From Candidatus Ornithoclostridium faecigallinarum (GTDB lineage Bacteria; Bacillota; Clostridia; Christensenellales; UBA3700), in the NCBI GenBank assembly GCA_018713665.1, contig DVOI01000001.1:6346-70345 (forward strand): 64,000 bases of DNA, in the 5' to 3' direction. Under the pieces are notes generated by a model. The model was given only the letters and a program-made list of their open reading frames with translations, did not search any database and had not been told where the DNA came from. Position 1 is the stretch's first letter, and the number at the start of each line of letters is the position of its first letter. A program made the position numbers and the translations under genes. This document shows positions 43,644 to 51,672 of the stretch, one piece after another.

Positions 43644-44774
43644 TTATGCTTTGCGATAGCGCGCGGCGATGGCGTCCATCTCCGCAAGCCTGCCTTCCAT
43701 CTCGCTCACGAGTTTGAACTGTGTATGGCAGCGCACGAGATTGTGCGTATCGTATTTGGTTTTGAAATAGACGTCTCCGTCGAGGAAGTCCGTCAAAAAG
43801 CGCATGCCGCACTCATAGGTCATCAGCACCGAACCGAAGGACAGCATTTTCGTCTCCTTTTCGGTGATTTTGTCGCCTATGCCGGCGAGGAAGCCCTTTG
43901 CAAACGCCTCGTAGAGGGAGATGTCGAAATGCACTTTGTCGAGGTCGGGCTCGTCCTCGAGCGCGGTCGAACAGCCGAACCTGACCGCGTCGCCGAAGTC
44001 GTACAGCAATGACCCGGGCATGATCGTGTCGAGGTCAATCACGCAGATCGCCTTCTTTGTCGCCGAATCGAACAAGATGTTGTTGAGTTTGGTGTCGTTG
44101 TGGGTGACCCTCAACGGTATCGAACCGTCCGCGATGCCGTCGACGACGCGCGAACAATATTTTTTACGCGCGCGGACGAACTCGATCTCGTCTTTGACCA
44201 TGTCCGCTCTGCCGCTCTTGTTCGCCTTGACCGCCGCCTCGAACTTTGCATATCTGTCCGCGGTGTTGTGGAAGTTGGGGATGACTTCGCCGAGCACGGA
44301 CGCGTCAAAGCCGTCCAGCCTCGCGATGAACAATCCGAACGCCCTGCCCGTGTCGCCGAAAATCTCGGCGCTCTCGGCGAGCTGATAGACCTCCGTGTCC
44401 TCAATGAACAAAAACGCGCGCCAGCACTCTCCGTCCGTGTCGAGATAGTTCTTGCCGCTGCGAGTGGGCATGAGCGTCAGCGTCTCGCGCTCGGGGTCGC
44501 CGCCGCTCTCCTCGATCTTTTGAGAGAGATAGCGCGTGACGACGCCTATGTTGTGCATCAATGTGGGAATGTCCGGGAAGACGCGCGTGTTCATCCTTTG
44601 AAGTATGTATCTGCGCGTCTTGTCCCCGTCGCGGTAGGTCAATGCGTAAGTATCGTTGATGTGACCGTCCCCGTAAGGACCGCCGTCGACATACTCTCCT
44701 TCAAACGCAAATTCCCCTTTTGCGGTCATGAAATCCAATTTTACACCTCTTGCCGCGTCGCGGCTCTTTTCCAT
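43644..44774 (-). CDS. nahK: N-acetylhexosamine 1-kinase (NahK/LnpB family)
   Basis: 376 aa; blocks GPYGDGHINDTY, YILQRMNT, GSIPLRVTHNDTKLNNIL, IDLDTIMPGS, RFGCSTALEDE, ECGMRFL, HNLVR match recalled Bifidobacterium longum NahK; start ambiguous (ATG 44774 or 44729). Confidence 0.8.
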   Translation of the reverse strand: MEKSRDAARGVKLDFMTAKGEFAFEGEYVDGGPYGDGHINDTYALTYRDGDKTRRYILQRMNTRVFPDIPTLMHNIGVVTRYLSQKIEESGGDPERETLTLMPTRSGKNYLDTDGECWRAFLFIEDTEVYQLAESAEIFGDTGRAFGLFIARLDGFDASVLGEVIPNFHNTADRYAKFEAAVKANKSGRADMVKDEIEFVRARKKYCSRVVDGIADGSIPLRVTHNDTKLNNILFDSATKKAICVIDLDTIMPGSLLYDFGDAVRFGCSTALEDEPDLDKVHFDISLYEAFAKGFLAGIGDKITEKETKMLSFGSVLMTYECGMRFLTDFLDGDVYFKTKYDTHNLVRCHTQFKLVSEMEGRLAEMDAIAARYRKA

Positions 44775-44885
44775 AATAATAACTCATCCGCCGAAAGTTG
44801 TCAACGTTTTGGGGGATCGTCTCGCTCGGAGCGTCACTCTTTGGGCGGCGGACCTTACAAAAATTTTACAAAATTCAAAAAACTC

Positions 44886-44913
44886 TTGCCATTTTGCGGC
44901 ATTATGTTATAAT
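44886..44913 (+). promoter_or_regulatory. strong extended -10 promoter of the 486-aa lipoprotein gene
   Basis: TTGCCA - 16 nt - TGtTATAAT; A-rich UP-like tract (TTACAAAAATTTTACAAAATTCAAAAAA) upstream. Confidence 0.75.
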
Positions 44914-44980
44914 AATAATGGTGCGCGTGCAGAGCGCGCATAGACTACATCGCACGAACAACATCGTAAAGGAGGACTTT

Positions 44981-46441
44981 ATGACAAAAACCAAAAAGTT
45001 TGTGACGAGAATTTTGCCCGTGATCGCGGTGCTCGCGATATTGGTGACTTCCATCGTCCTGATGACCGGCTGCAACGACGAACCGGTCACCGTCGTTCTC
45101 GACAACTCCAAGCTCGCTCTGTATGACTACAGGGTCGGCTACATCTCCGGAAACGCCGAGAACAACACCGTCGACCTTACCAAGGCGATTCCCAACGCCA
45201 AAGATTTCGCGATTGAAGACACCACCCTCGCGACGATTAGCGGCACCACTTTGACCACACTCAAAGCGGGCGACTCCAGAATGACCTATACCTTGCTCAA
45301 CGAGGATGGCTCCGCCGTCACCGACGGCTCTGGCGCTCCCGTTGTCAACGAGATCAACATCCACGTCCTCGATGGCTACACCAACGTCGACACTTGGGAT
45401 GAGCTCTACACCGCCGCTATGGGCTCCGGCAAAGTTTGCATTCAATCCGAGCTGACCGTCACCGAAGGCAAGAGCATCAACTTTGTTCCCGCTGACTACA
45501 AAAACTATGTCGCTCATCCCGATGAGCTCACAATCTACGGCAACGTGCTCAAAATCGATTCGAGCGCGGTGACCACCGCCGGCGGAAGCCTCTTCTCGAT
45601 GGAGTATCTGCAGGCCACGATGAACCTCAACGATCTTTACATTGTCGGCGCGACGCCTGTTGAAGATGAGAACGGCGGCATCGACCTCACTCAATTCGAA
45701 ACCTACGGCTCCTTCTTCGTCGCTTACGGCTCGGACGAAGTGTTCCCCGTGTTCAACGTCACTCACTGCTTGACCGAAAACAGCCAAAAGCACGCATATA
45801 TGCGCGCGGCGCAATTCAACATGGACGGCAGCATCATGAGAAACGGCGCCGACGCTCTGCTCGCTGCCGAAACCTCCAATGTCAGAGGCGCAGAACTCAA
45901 TATCAACAACAGCGTGTTTGCCAACTCCGTCGTCTCCGGCATCATCCTTTGCGGCTGGACCAAGATTCGCAGCGCGGCAGACTTCTGCACCCTCAACCTC
46001 ACCGGCTTCGTCGACTTCTACAACTGGAAGAACCGCGAAACCGCTCGCTTGATGCCCGGCACCGAGAGCGCCGCCGGGTTGGTCAACCCGTTCGTTTTGA
46101 GTGCGGTTCAGGACCCGGCCAACGACTCCTACTTCGTCTATGAGGGCTCGACCCGTCCCGGCTTCGACGAACAATACCTCAACCTGGCAATCGTTCGCCT
46201 CTCTTCCGGAGGTCAACCGAACGACTCCGTAATCAACGGCTACGAAGCGCTCGGCTACATGATGGATGACTTCCCGCTTCCCAGCTTTGCCACAAGCCTC
46301 GGCCTCATTAAGAGCTGCCACGTCGTCGCCACTCAGCAGACCAAAGTCGATTGGAGCTCCTCTCTCAGCAACAACCCGACTGCAAGCATGTCCGACAACA
46401 CCAACCTCAACCACGAGCTGGTCTACGGCAGAGAGGCGTAA
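44981..46441 (+). CDS. surface lipoprotein, Ig-like (Big_2-like) N-terminal domain plus beta-helix-like body; function unknown
   Basis: 486 aa from ATG 44981 (AAAGGAGG RBS); lipobox LMTGCN; codon style like eno (C-ending codons, AGA Arg). Confidence 0.6.
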   Translation: MTKTKKFVTRILPVIAVLAILVTSIVLMTGCNDEPVTVVLDNSKLALYDYRVGYISGNAENNTVDLTKAIPNAKDFAIEDTTLATISGTTLTTLKAGDSRMTYTLLNEDGSAVTDGSGAPVVNEINIHVLDGYTNVDTWDELYTAAMGSGKVCIQSELTVTEGKSINFVPADYKNYVAHPDELTIYGNVLKIDSSAVTTAGGSLFSMEYLQATMNLNDLYIVGATPVEDENGGIDLTQFETYGSFFVAYGSDEVFPVFNVTHCLTENSQKHAYMRAAQFNMDGSIMRNGADALLAAETSNVRGAELNINNSVFANSVVSGIILCGWTKIRSAADFCTLNLTGFVDFYNWKNRETARLMPGTESAAGLVNPFVLSAVQDPANDSYFVYEGSTRPGFDEQYLNLAIVRLSSGGQPNDSVINGYEALGYMMDDFPLPSFATSLGLIKSCHVVATQQTKVDWSSSLSNNPTASMSDNTNLNHELVYGREA

Positions 46442-46465
46442 GCCCCGCGGCAGACAGCAAAAACC

Positions 46466-46493
46466 GCACCGTCCGAAAAGGCGGTGCTTTTTT
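46466..46493. terminator. bidirectional terminator between the lipoprotein gene and veg
   Basis: GCACCGtCC-gaaaa-GGCGGTGC flanked by A5 and T6. Confidence 0.8.
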
Positions 46494-46496
46494 GCG

Positions 46497-46733
46497 CTAT
46501 CGGGCGGCGCCGTCCAAGAATCTGACGCTCTTGGTCAGTACGTCGCTGTACGAAAAACAGCTGACGCCGCCCTCTCCCTCGACGGTGAACACGGCGTCGT
46601 ACATGTCGCGGATCTTACCGCGGAACTTTTCCACCTTGTTGCGTCCGCGATTGACAACGACGATCAACTCTCTGCCGCTCAACATTGCGATCCGCGCGCG
46701 GCAAGCCTCCATACAATGCTTGATCTCTCTCAC
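46497..46733 (-). CDS. veg: Veg family protein
   Basis: REIKHCMEACRARIAMLSGRELIVVVNRGRNKVEKFRGKIRDMYDAVFTVEG...FSYSDVLT parallels recalled B. subtilis Veg (SDIKRSLD...[23 protein letters not shown]...YSYADILT); start uncertain (GTG 46733 or ATG 46712). Confidence 0.65.
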   Translation of the reverse strand: MREIKHCMEACRARIAMLSGRELIVVVNRGRNKVEKFRGKIRDMYDAVFTVEGEGGVSCFSYSDVLTKSVRFLDGAAR

Positions 46734-46821
46734 GCGTCGAGTATTGACGTAATTGCCGGCAAATATGCAAAAGCCGCGCAATTTTTGCACGGCTCTCGCG
46801 TGTACGCGCACTCGCGCGGTC

Positions 46822-48348
46822 CTATCTTTTCTTCTTTCCCTTTCCGCCCCCTCTTTGCTGCCGCTTGCCCTCTTTGGCATCGTCCCGTTTGCGGAAGGGC
46901 GGCTTTTTGTCCGTCTTTTGCGAAAACTCCTTGCCGCTGTCCGCGACCTGCACGCCGATCTTTTTGCCGCCGAGGTCAAAGCCGCCAACCGCGCTCACTT
47001 TGTGCTTGACGTCCTGCGTGACCTGCACGAACGAATATGTGTCGCGCAGCTTGACGTCGGTGATCTTGTGCAGGGGGATGTCCGCGACCGTGGACACCAA
47101 CTTCGCGAGCGTCGCCTTGTCGGGGACGTGTTTTTTGCCGATGTTGAGGAAGAATCTCTCCCCCGCCGCCGACGCCTCGGCACGCGTGCGGACATTGTGT
47201 TTGTCGGACGCGTCCGACGGCAATGTATAGGTCTTGCAATCGCTCAAATCGATTTCGAGCAGTTCGGGCACCGTGCCCGTCTTGCGCGCATAATCTCCGA
47301 TCAGCACCGTCTGTTCGGGCGCGACGAACGTGTACGCCTCGCCCCTTCTCGACGCACGCGCCGTCCTGCCTATCCTGTGCACATACGCGTCCGCCTCTCC
47401 GGGCGGATCGAGGTTGAACACCGCCTGCAGATCGGGTATGTCAATGCCGCGCGCCGCGACGTCGGTGCCGACCAGACACGGCGTTTCGCCGCTGCGGAAT
47501 CGCGCCATCGCGTGCGTCCTGTCCCTTTGATCCATCTCGCCGTGGAGCAGCTCCGCGTTGACGCCCGAGGCGGTCAGCGCGCGGTGCACCCTCTCGGCGC
47601 GGAAGCGCGTGTTGCAAAACACTATATATCTGTCGAATCTCTTTGCTTTGACCAATTTGAGCAGACATCCCACGCGGCGGCTGTCGCCGACGACGACGTA
47701 ATGCTGCCTCACGTCCGGCTTGTCCTCGTGCGCGGCGACTCCGACGGTAACGGGGTCGTTCATCATCTCGCGGCAAAGCGCCGCAATCTCGCCCGGCATC
47801 GTCGCCGAAAAGAGCAAGTTTTGCCTGCCCTTTCCGATTGCGGCGACTATCTTGCGCACGTCCTCGATGAAGCCCATTTTGAGCATTACGTCTCCTTCGT
47901 CAAGCACGAGTGTGCGCAGGTTTTTGATTCTCATCGTCTTGCGGTCGAGATGATCGAGCACTCTGCCGACCGTGCCGACGACGATATGCGGCTTTTTGCG
48001 CAGCGAATAGAGCTGCCGCTCAAAGTTTTCGCCGCCGTAGATCACCGCCGTCCTCACCCCTTCGATGTGCGAAAGCATGGAACGGAACACCGCGCCTATC
48101 TGCATTGCGAGTTCGCGCGTCGGACACAATACGAGCGCCTGTATTCCGCCGTCCGGATCGATACCCTGCAGAATCGGCAGCGCATACGCGAGCGTCTTGC
48201 CCGAGCCTGTCGGCGCGAGCGCAATCACGTCTTTGCCTTCGAATATCTTGGGCATCGCCTCGCGCTGTATCGCGGTCGCCGTCTCGATGTTCGCGTCCGC
48301 GAGCGCGGCGCGCAACCCCTCGTTCAAATCTTCGAAAATTCTATCCAT
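46822..48348 (-). CDS. DEAD-box ATP-dependent RNA helicase with DbpA-like C-terminal RNA-binding domain
   Basis: 508 aa; Q-motif, Walker A APTGSGKT, motif II DEGD (variant), SAT, HRIGRTAR; basic tail. Confidence 0.9.
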   Translation of the reverse strand: MDRIFEDLNEGLRAALADANIETATAIQREAMPKIFEGKDVIALAPTGSGKTLAYALPILQGIDPDGGIQALVLCPTRELAMQIGAVFRSMLSHIEGVRTAVIYGGENFERQLYSLRKKPHIVVGTVGRVLDHLDRKTMRIKNLRTLVLDEGDVMLKMGFIEDVRKIVAAIGKGRQNLLFSATMPGEIAALCREMMNDPVTVGVAAHEDKPDVRQHYVVVGDSRRVGCLLKLVKAKRFDRYIVFCNTRFRAERVHRALTASGVNAELLHGEMDQRDRTHAMARFRSGETPCLVGTDVAARGIDIPDLQAVFNLDPPGEADAYVHRIGRTARASRRGEAYTFVAPEQTVLIGDYARKTGTVPELLEIDLSDCKTYTLPSDASDKHNVRTRAEASAAGERFFLNIGKKHVPDKATLAKLVSTVADIPLHKITDVKLRDTYSFVQVTQDVKHKVSAVGGFDLGGKKIGVQVADSGKEFSQKTDKKPPFRKRDDAKEGKRQQRGGGKGKKKR

Positions 48349-48354
48349 ACGGAT

Positions 48355-48383
48355 ATAATACTACATAGCTTGCATTGCCGCAA
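48355..48383 (-). promoter_or_regulatory. promoter placed for a leaderless helicase transcript
   Basis: Minus strand TTGCGG - 17 nt - TATTAT, then 6 nt (atccgt), then ATG 48348; no RBS. Confidence 0.6.
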
Positions 48384-48398
48384 AGCAAATTGTATAAT
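48370..48398 (+). promoter_or_regulatory. promoter placed for a leaderless SDR transcript
   Basis: TTGCAT - 17 nt - TATAAT, then 6 nt (ataatc), then ATG 48405; no RBS. Confidence 0.65.
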
Positions 48399-48404
48399 AT
48401 AATC

Positions 48405-49130
48405 ATGAAAACGGTCATCATTACCGGCGCGACGCGCGGAATAGGCGCGGCTGCCGCCCTCAAATTCGCAAGCGCGGACTACGCGATCTGCGCGGTCTAT
48501 CGCCAAGACGACTCCTCCGCACGGGTGCTGATTGACAAGCTCGCGAGCAACGGCTGCTTTGCGACCGCAATCAAGGCGGACGTCTCCGACCCCAAGCAGT
48601 GCCGCCGCGTCGTCGAGGAATGCGTGCGCACATTGGGCGCGCCGTGCGTCCTCGTCAACAATGCCGGGCTGTCGGCGATTTCTCCTCTCGTGGACATGGC
48701 GGACGACGACATTTCGTCTTTGATTGACGCCGACCTCAAGGGCGCAATCTATATGATAAAATACGCCCAGCCACACCTTGTCGACAACGGCGGCGCAATT
48801 GTCAACGTCTCTTCGGTATGGGGAGTCGTCGGCGCGTCGTGCGAGAGCGTCTATTCGGCGGCAAAGGGCGGCGTGATCGCCTTCACCAAGGCAATGGCAA
48901 AGGAGCTTGCCCCGAGCGGCGTGCGCGTCAATTGCGTCGCTCCGGGCGTCATAGACACCGCGATGAACGCGCGCTTTGACGAGCGCGAACGCGCCTCTCT
49001 CGTCGAAGACGTCCCTCTCGGAAGGTTCGGCACCGCGGACGAGGTCGCGGACGCAATCTTTTGGCTCGCCGACGGCGCAACTTACGTCACAGGACAATGC
49101 CTGGGCGTGGACGGCGGCTTCGGACAATGA
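48405..49130 (+). CDS. short-chain dehydrogenase/reductase (FabG-like)
   Basis: 241 aa from ATG 48405; cofactor motif TGATRGIG, NNAG, catalytic YSAAK. Confidence 0.85.
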   Translation: MKTVIITGATRGIGAAAALKFASADYAICAVYRQDDSSARVLIDKLASNGCFATAIKADVSDPKQCRRVVEECVRTLGAPCVLVNNAGLSAISPLVDMADDDISSLIDADLKGAIYMIKYAQPHLVDNGGAIVNVSSVWGVVGASCESVYSAAKGGVIAFTKAMAKELAPSGVRVNCVAPGVIDTAMNARFDERERASLVEDVPLGRFGTADEVADAIFWLADGATYVTGQCLGVDGGFGQ

Positions 49131-49139
49131 ACGCCGCAC

Positions 49140-50003
49140 ATGCCTGCCTTTGAACAACGCCCTATGGACCGCAAAGACATCTTCACCGCCGCCGCGCTCT
49201 GCGGCATAGACGACGAGACGGCAGCTCTCGCCGCGGACGCGTTTGAGCGCGAACGCGCGTTTTGCGAAAAATACGCGCCGCGCTGCGCGCGCAAGTTCTG
49301 TCCCCGGCTCTTGCGCAAACCGCCGATCGTGCGCCTTGCGTGCGTGCTCGCGGCGACGACCTATTCACACGAGCGCTACCGCGAACTCGGCATCGGCGAC
49401 GACGTCTTTGCCGCGACTATGTCGGACATAGGGATATGGACGCGCAACTGCCGCGTTCGGGACGGCATCGTAGGGCTTGCCAACTATCCGTGGGTGTCGC
49501 ACCACCTGACGCTGCGCCTCTTCCGCATAGGCAGGCTTCAATTCCAATTCTTCAAACTTTATTGCCCTCTCGGCGCGATTTCGCGGCTTCGCAAGCTGTC
49601 GCCTCCGCACTCTTTGGGCGAAAATATCCTCAACGTACACGTTCCGCAGGGTGAAAAACTCGACCCTGCCGCCTGCGAAGCGTCCTTCGCCGCGGCACGC
49701 GAATTCTTTGCCCGTCACTTCCCCGACTATCGCGCAAAGTGCTTTTTCATAGACTCGTGGCTGCTCGGTCCCGTCAACAAAACGCTGCTGCCTTCCTCGT
49801 CCAACATCAACGTTTTTGCGGACATGTTTTCGCTTATCGCCGTCAAAAAGTGCAAAGGCTGGGACGACGCCGAGCGAATTTTCGACTGCAAGCGCCGCCC
49901 GGTGCGGCAATTGCCGCAAGACACATCTCTTCGCCGCGCGGCGGCAAAACTCCTCGAAGACGGCGGCTGCCTCGAACGCGGGTTCGGCGTCAGACCGCTT
50001 TGA
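49140..50003 (+). CDS. acyltransferase-domain protein (NAT_N / GNAT_C-like), function unknown
   Basis: 287 aa; LFRIGRLQF, HVPQG, SWLLGP and SSNI blocks resemble the clostridial acyltransferase-domain family as I recall it; tentative. Confidence 0.45.
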   Translation: MPAFEQRPMDRKDIFTAAALCGIDDETAALAADAFERERAFCEKYAPRCARKFCPRLLRKPPIVRLACVLAATTYSHERYRELGIGDDVFAATMSDIGIWTRNCRVRDGIVGLANYPWVSHHLTLRLFRIGRLQFQFFKLYCPLGAISRLRKLSPPHSLGENILNVHVPQGEKLDPAACEASFAAAREFFARHFPDYRAKCFFIDSWLLGPVNKTLLPSSSNINVFADMFSLIAVKKCKGWDDAERIFDCKRRPVRQLPQDTSLRRAAAKLLEDGGCLERGFGVRPL

Positions 50004-50019
50004 CATTTACGCGCCGCGA

Positions 50020-50048
50020 TTGACAGCCGCGCGTGCTTATGATACAAT
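50020..50048 (+). promoter_or_regulatory. consensus promoter placed for a leaderless beta-helix-protein transcript
   Basis: TTGACA - 17 nt - TACAAT, then 6 nt (tttgat), then ATG 50055. Confidence 0.65.
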
Positions 50049-50054
50049 TTTGAT

Positions 50055-51563
50055 ATGATACTCTATTCTTTCAAAAATTTGGAACAATTGACAAGGGCGA
50101 CTTCAAACAACGCCTACGTCTCGGCTGTGCCTCGGCTCGACTTCAAGCCGACCGACGGCAACCGCGCCGCAGTCCGCTTCCGCGGTTTGCGCAACGCGAC
50201 AATCGACGGCGCGGGCGCGACGCTGAGTCTCGACGGCAGAGGCTACTATTTCGTCCTCGAGGGGTGCGAGCGCGTGCTGCTCACCAATTTCACCCTTGAG
50301 ACCGCTCATCCCGAATATCTCGAGTTCACGGTGACAAACACCGCTTTCGGCGCAAGCGCCGACGTGCGCTTCGGCGGCGAATATGAGGTAGCGGAAGGCT
50401 CCCCTCTGTCCGTAAAGAGCGGCGAGCAAAATCTGCTTGCGTCGATGACAAATCCGGCGGTATATTGCCGCGACCTGAATGCCGACAAGATACGCCGCGA
50501 AAGTTCCGACCCTCTCGCCAAGCTCAAGGGCGCGTCAAAGATTGCGCCGTCCGCCGGAGGGACGCTCGCCAAATTGTCGTTTTCGGGGCTTACCGCACCC
50601 GTCAAAAAGGATTGCGTCTACATTCGCTTCGACGCGGACAAGACCTGCCCCGGCATCTTGCTGATCAATTGCAAGGACATCACCGTTCGCAACGTCACGA
50701 TACGCTATTGCCACGGCAGCGCAATCAAGGCGGATATGTGCGAAAACGTCACCATACAGGACGTCACTTTGCGCGCGCAGAGCGGACGCAGCGTCGCGAC
50801 TTTGGGTAGCGCGTTCGAGGCGGTCGAGTGCAACGGCTCGCTCTATATCTCCGACTGTCTGCTCGCCGCGACTCTCGCCGACACGGTGTCGGTCAAGGGC
50901 GCGCTCTATGACGTCGCTTCCGCTTCGGGCAATTCTTTGACATTGCGCTCTTCCGACGCGACCGCTCTGTCGCCGTTCGAAAAGGGCGACAAGGCGATAC
51001 TGACCGACAGCGCTCTCGCCCCCGTCGCGACGCTGATGGTGACCGGCTACGATCGCGACAGCCGCACCGTCTCCTTTGAGGAAACCCTGCCGCAAAACGC
51101 GTCGTCGCTGCGCGTCGAAAACGCAAGTCTGCACACCGCGGACGTCTTCTTCCGCCGCGCGACATTGCTCGGCTCGCCCGACAACGGGCTTGCCTTCTCA
51201 ACCTCGGGCTTTGTCCGCGCCGACTATTGCTCGTTCAAGAACATCGTCGGCAAAGCCGTCGTCTGCATGAGCGGACGCAACGGCAACGCCGGGCTTCCCA
51301 AGCGCGTCGAGATTGAGGCGAACAGGTTCGAACAATGCCTCGACACCGCAGTCGAGCTGCTTCCCTCCTGCTCGGGCAAAGCGGCGCTCGGCAGTGTGGA
51401 CATCTATGGCAACACTTGGATGGAGTGCGGCCGCTCGGCAATCGCCGCCGCGCGCTGCGAATCGATCTCCGTCAAACGCAACGTCGGCGACACGGACAAG
51501 TATCAGACCAAGATCTCGCAATGCCCCAAGGTCGACAGCGACGGCGTGGATTATATGTATTGA
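50055..51563 (+). CDS. right-handed parallel beta-helix repeat protein, cytoplasmic, function unknown
   Basis: 502 aa; PbH1-like repeats (NCKDITVRNVTIRYCHGSAIKADMCENVTIQDVTL); no signal peptide. Confidence 0.6.
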   Translation: MILYSFKNLEQLTRATSNNAYVSAVPRLDFKPTDGNRAAVRFRGLRNATIDGAGATLSLDGRGYYFVLEGCERVLLTNFTLETAHPEYLEFTVTNTAFGASADVRFGGEYEVAEGSPLSVKSGEQNLLASMTNPAVYCRDLNADKIRRESSDPLAKLKGASKIAPSAGGTLAKLSFSGLTAPVKKDCVYIRFDADKTCPGILLINCKDITVRNVTIRYCHGSAIKADMCENVTIQDVTLRAQSGRSVATLGSAFEAVECNGSLYISDCLLAATLADTVSVKGALYDVASASGNSLTLRSSDATALSPFEKGDKAILTDSALAPVATLMVTGYDRDSRTVSFEETLPQNASSLRVENASLHTADVFFRRATLLGSPDNGLAFSTSGFVRADYCSFKNIVGKAVVCMSGRNGNAGLPKRVEIEANRFEQCLDTAVELLPSCSGKAALGSVDIYGNTWMECGRSAIAAARCESISVKRNVGDTDKYQTKISQCPKVDSDGVDYMY

Positions 51564-51584
51564 TTGACGAAAATTTGCAAATAT

Positions 51585-51612
51585 GCCGCCGCGCTTTTGC
51601 GCGGCGGCTTTT
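51585..51612 (+). terminator. terminator of the beta-helix gene
   Basis: GCCGCCGCGC-tttt-GCGCGGCGGC then TTTTGT. Confidence 0.85.
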
Positions 51613-51620
51613 GTACAGAC

Positions 51621-51657
51621 AAAAAACCGCCCCCGAAGCATTACGTTTCGGAGGCGG
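51621..51657 (-). terminator. terminator of lysC
   Basis: CCGCCTCCGAA-9 nt-TTCGGGGGCGG (one mismatch) followed by TTTTTTG on the minus strand. Confidence 0.75.
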
Positions 51658-51672
51658 CGCGGTGACTTTTGT

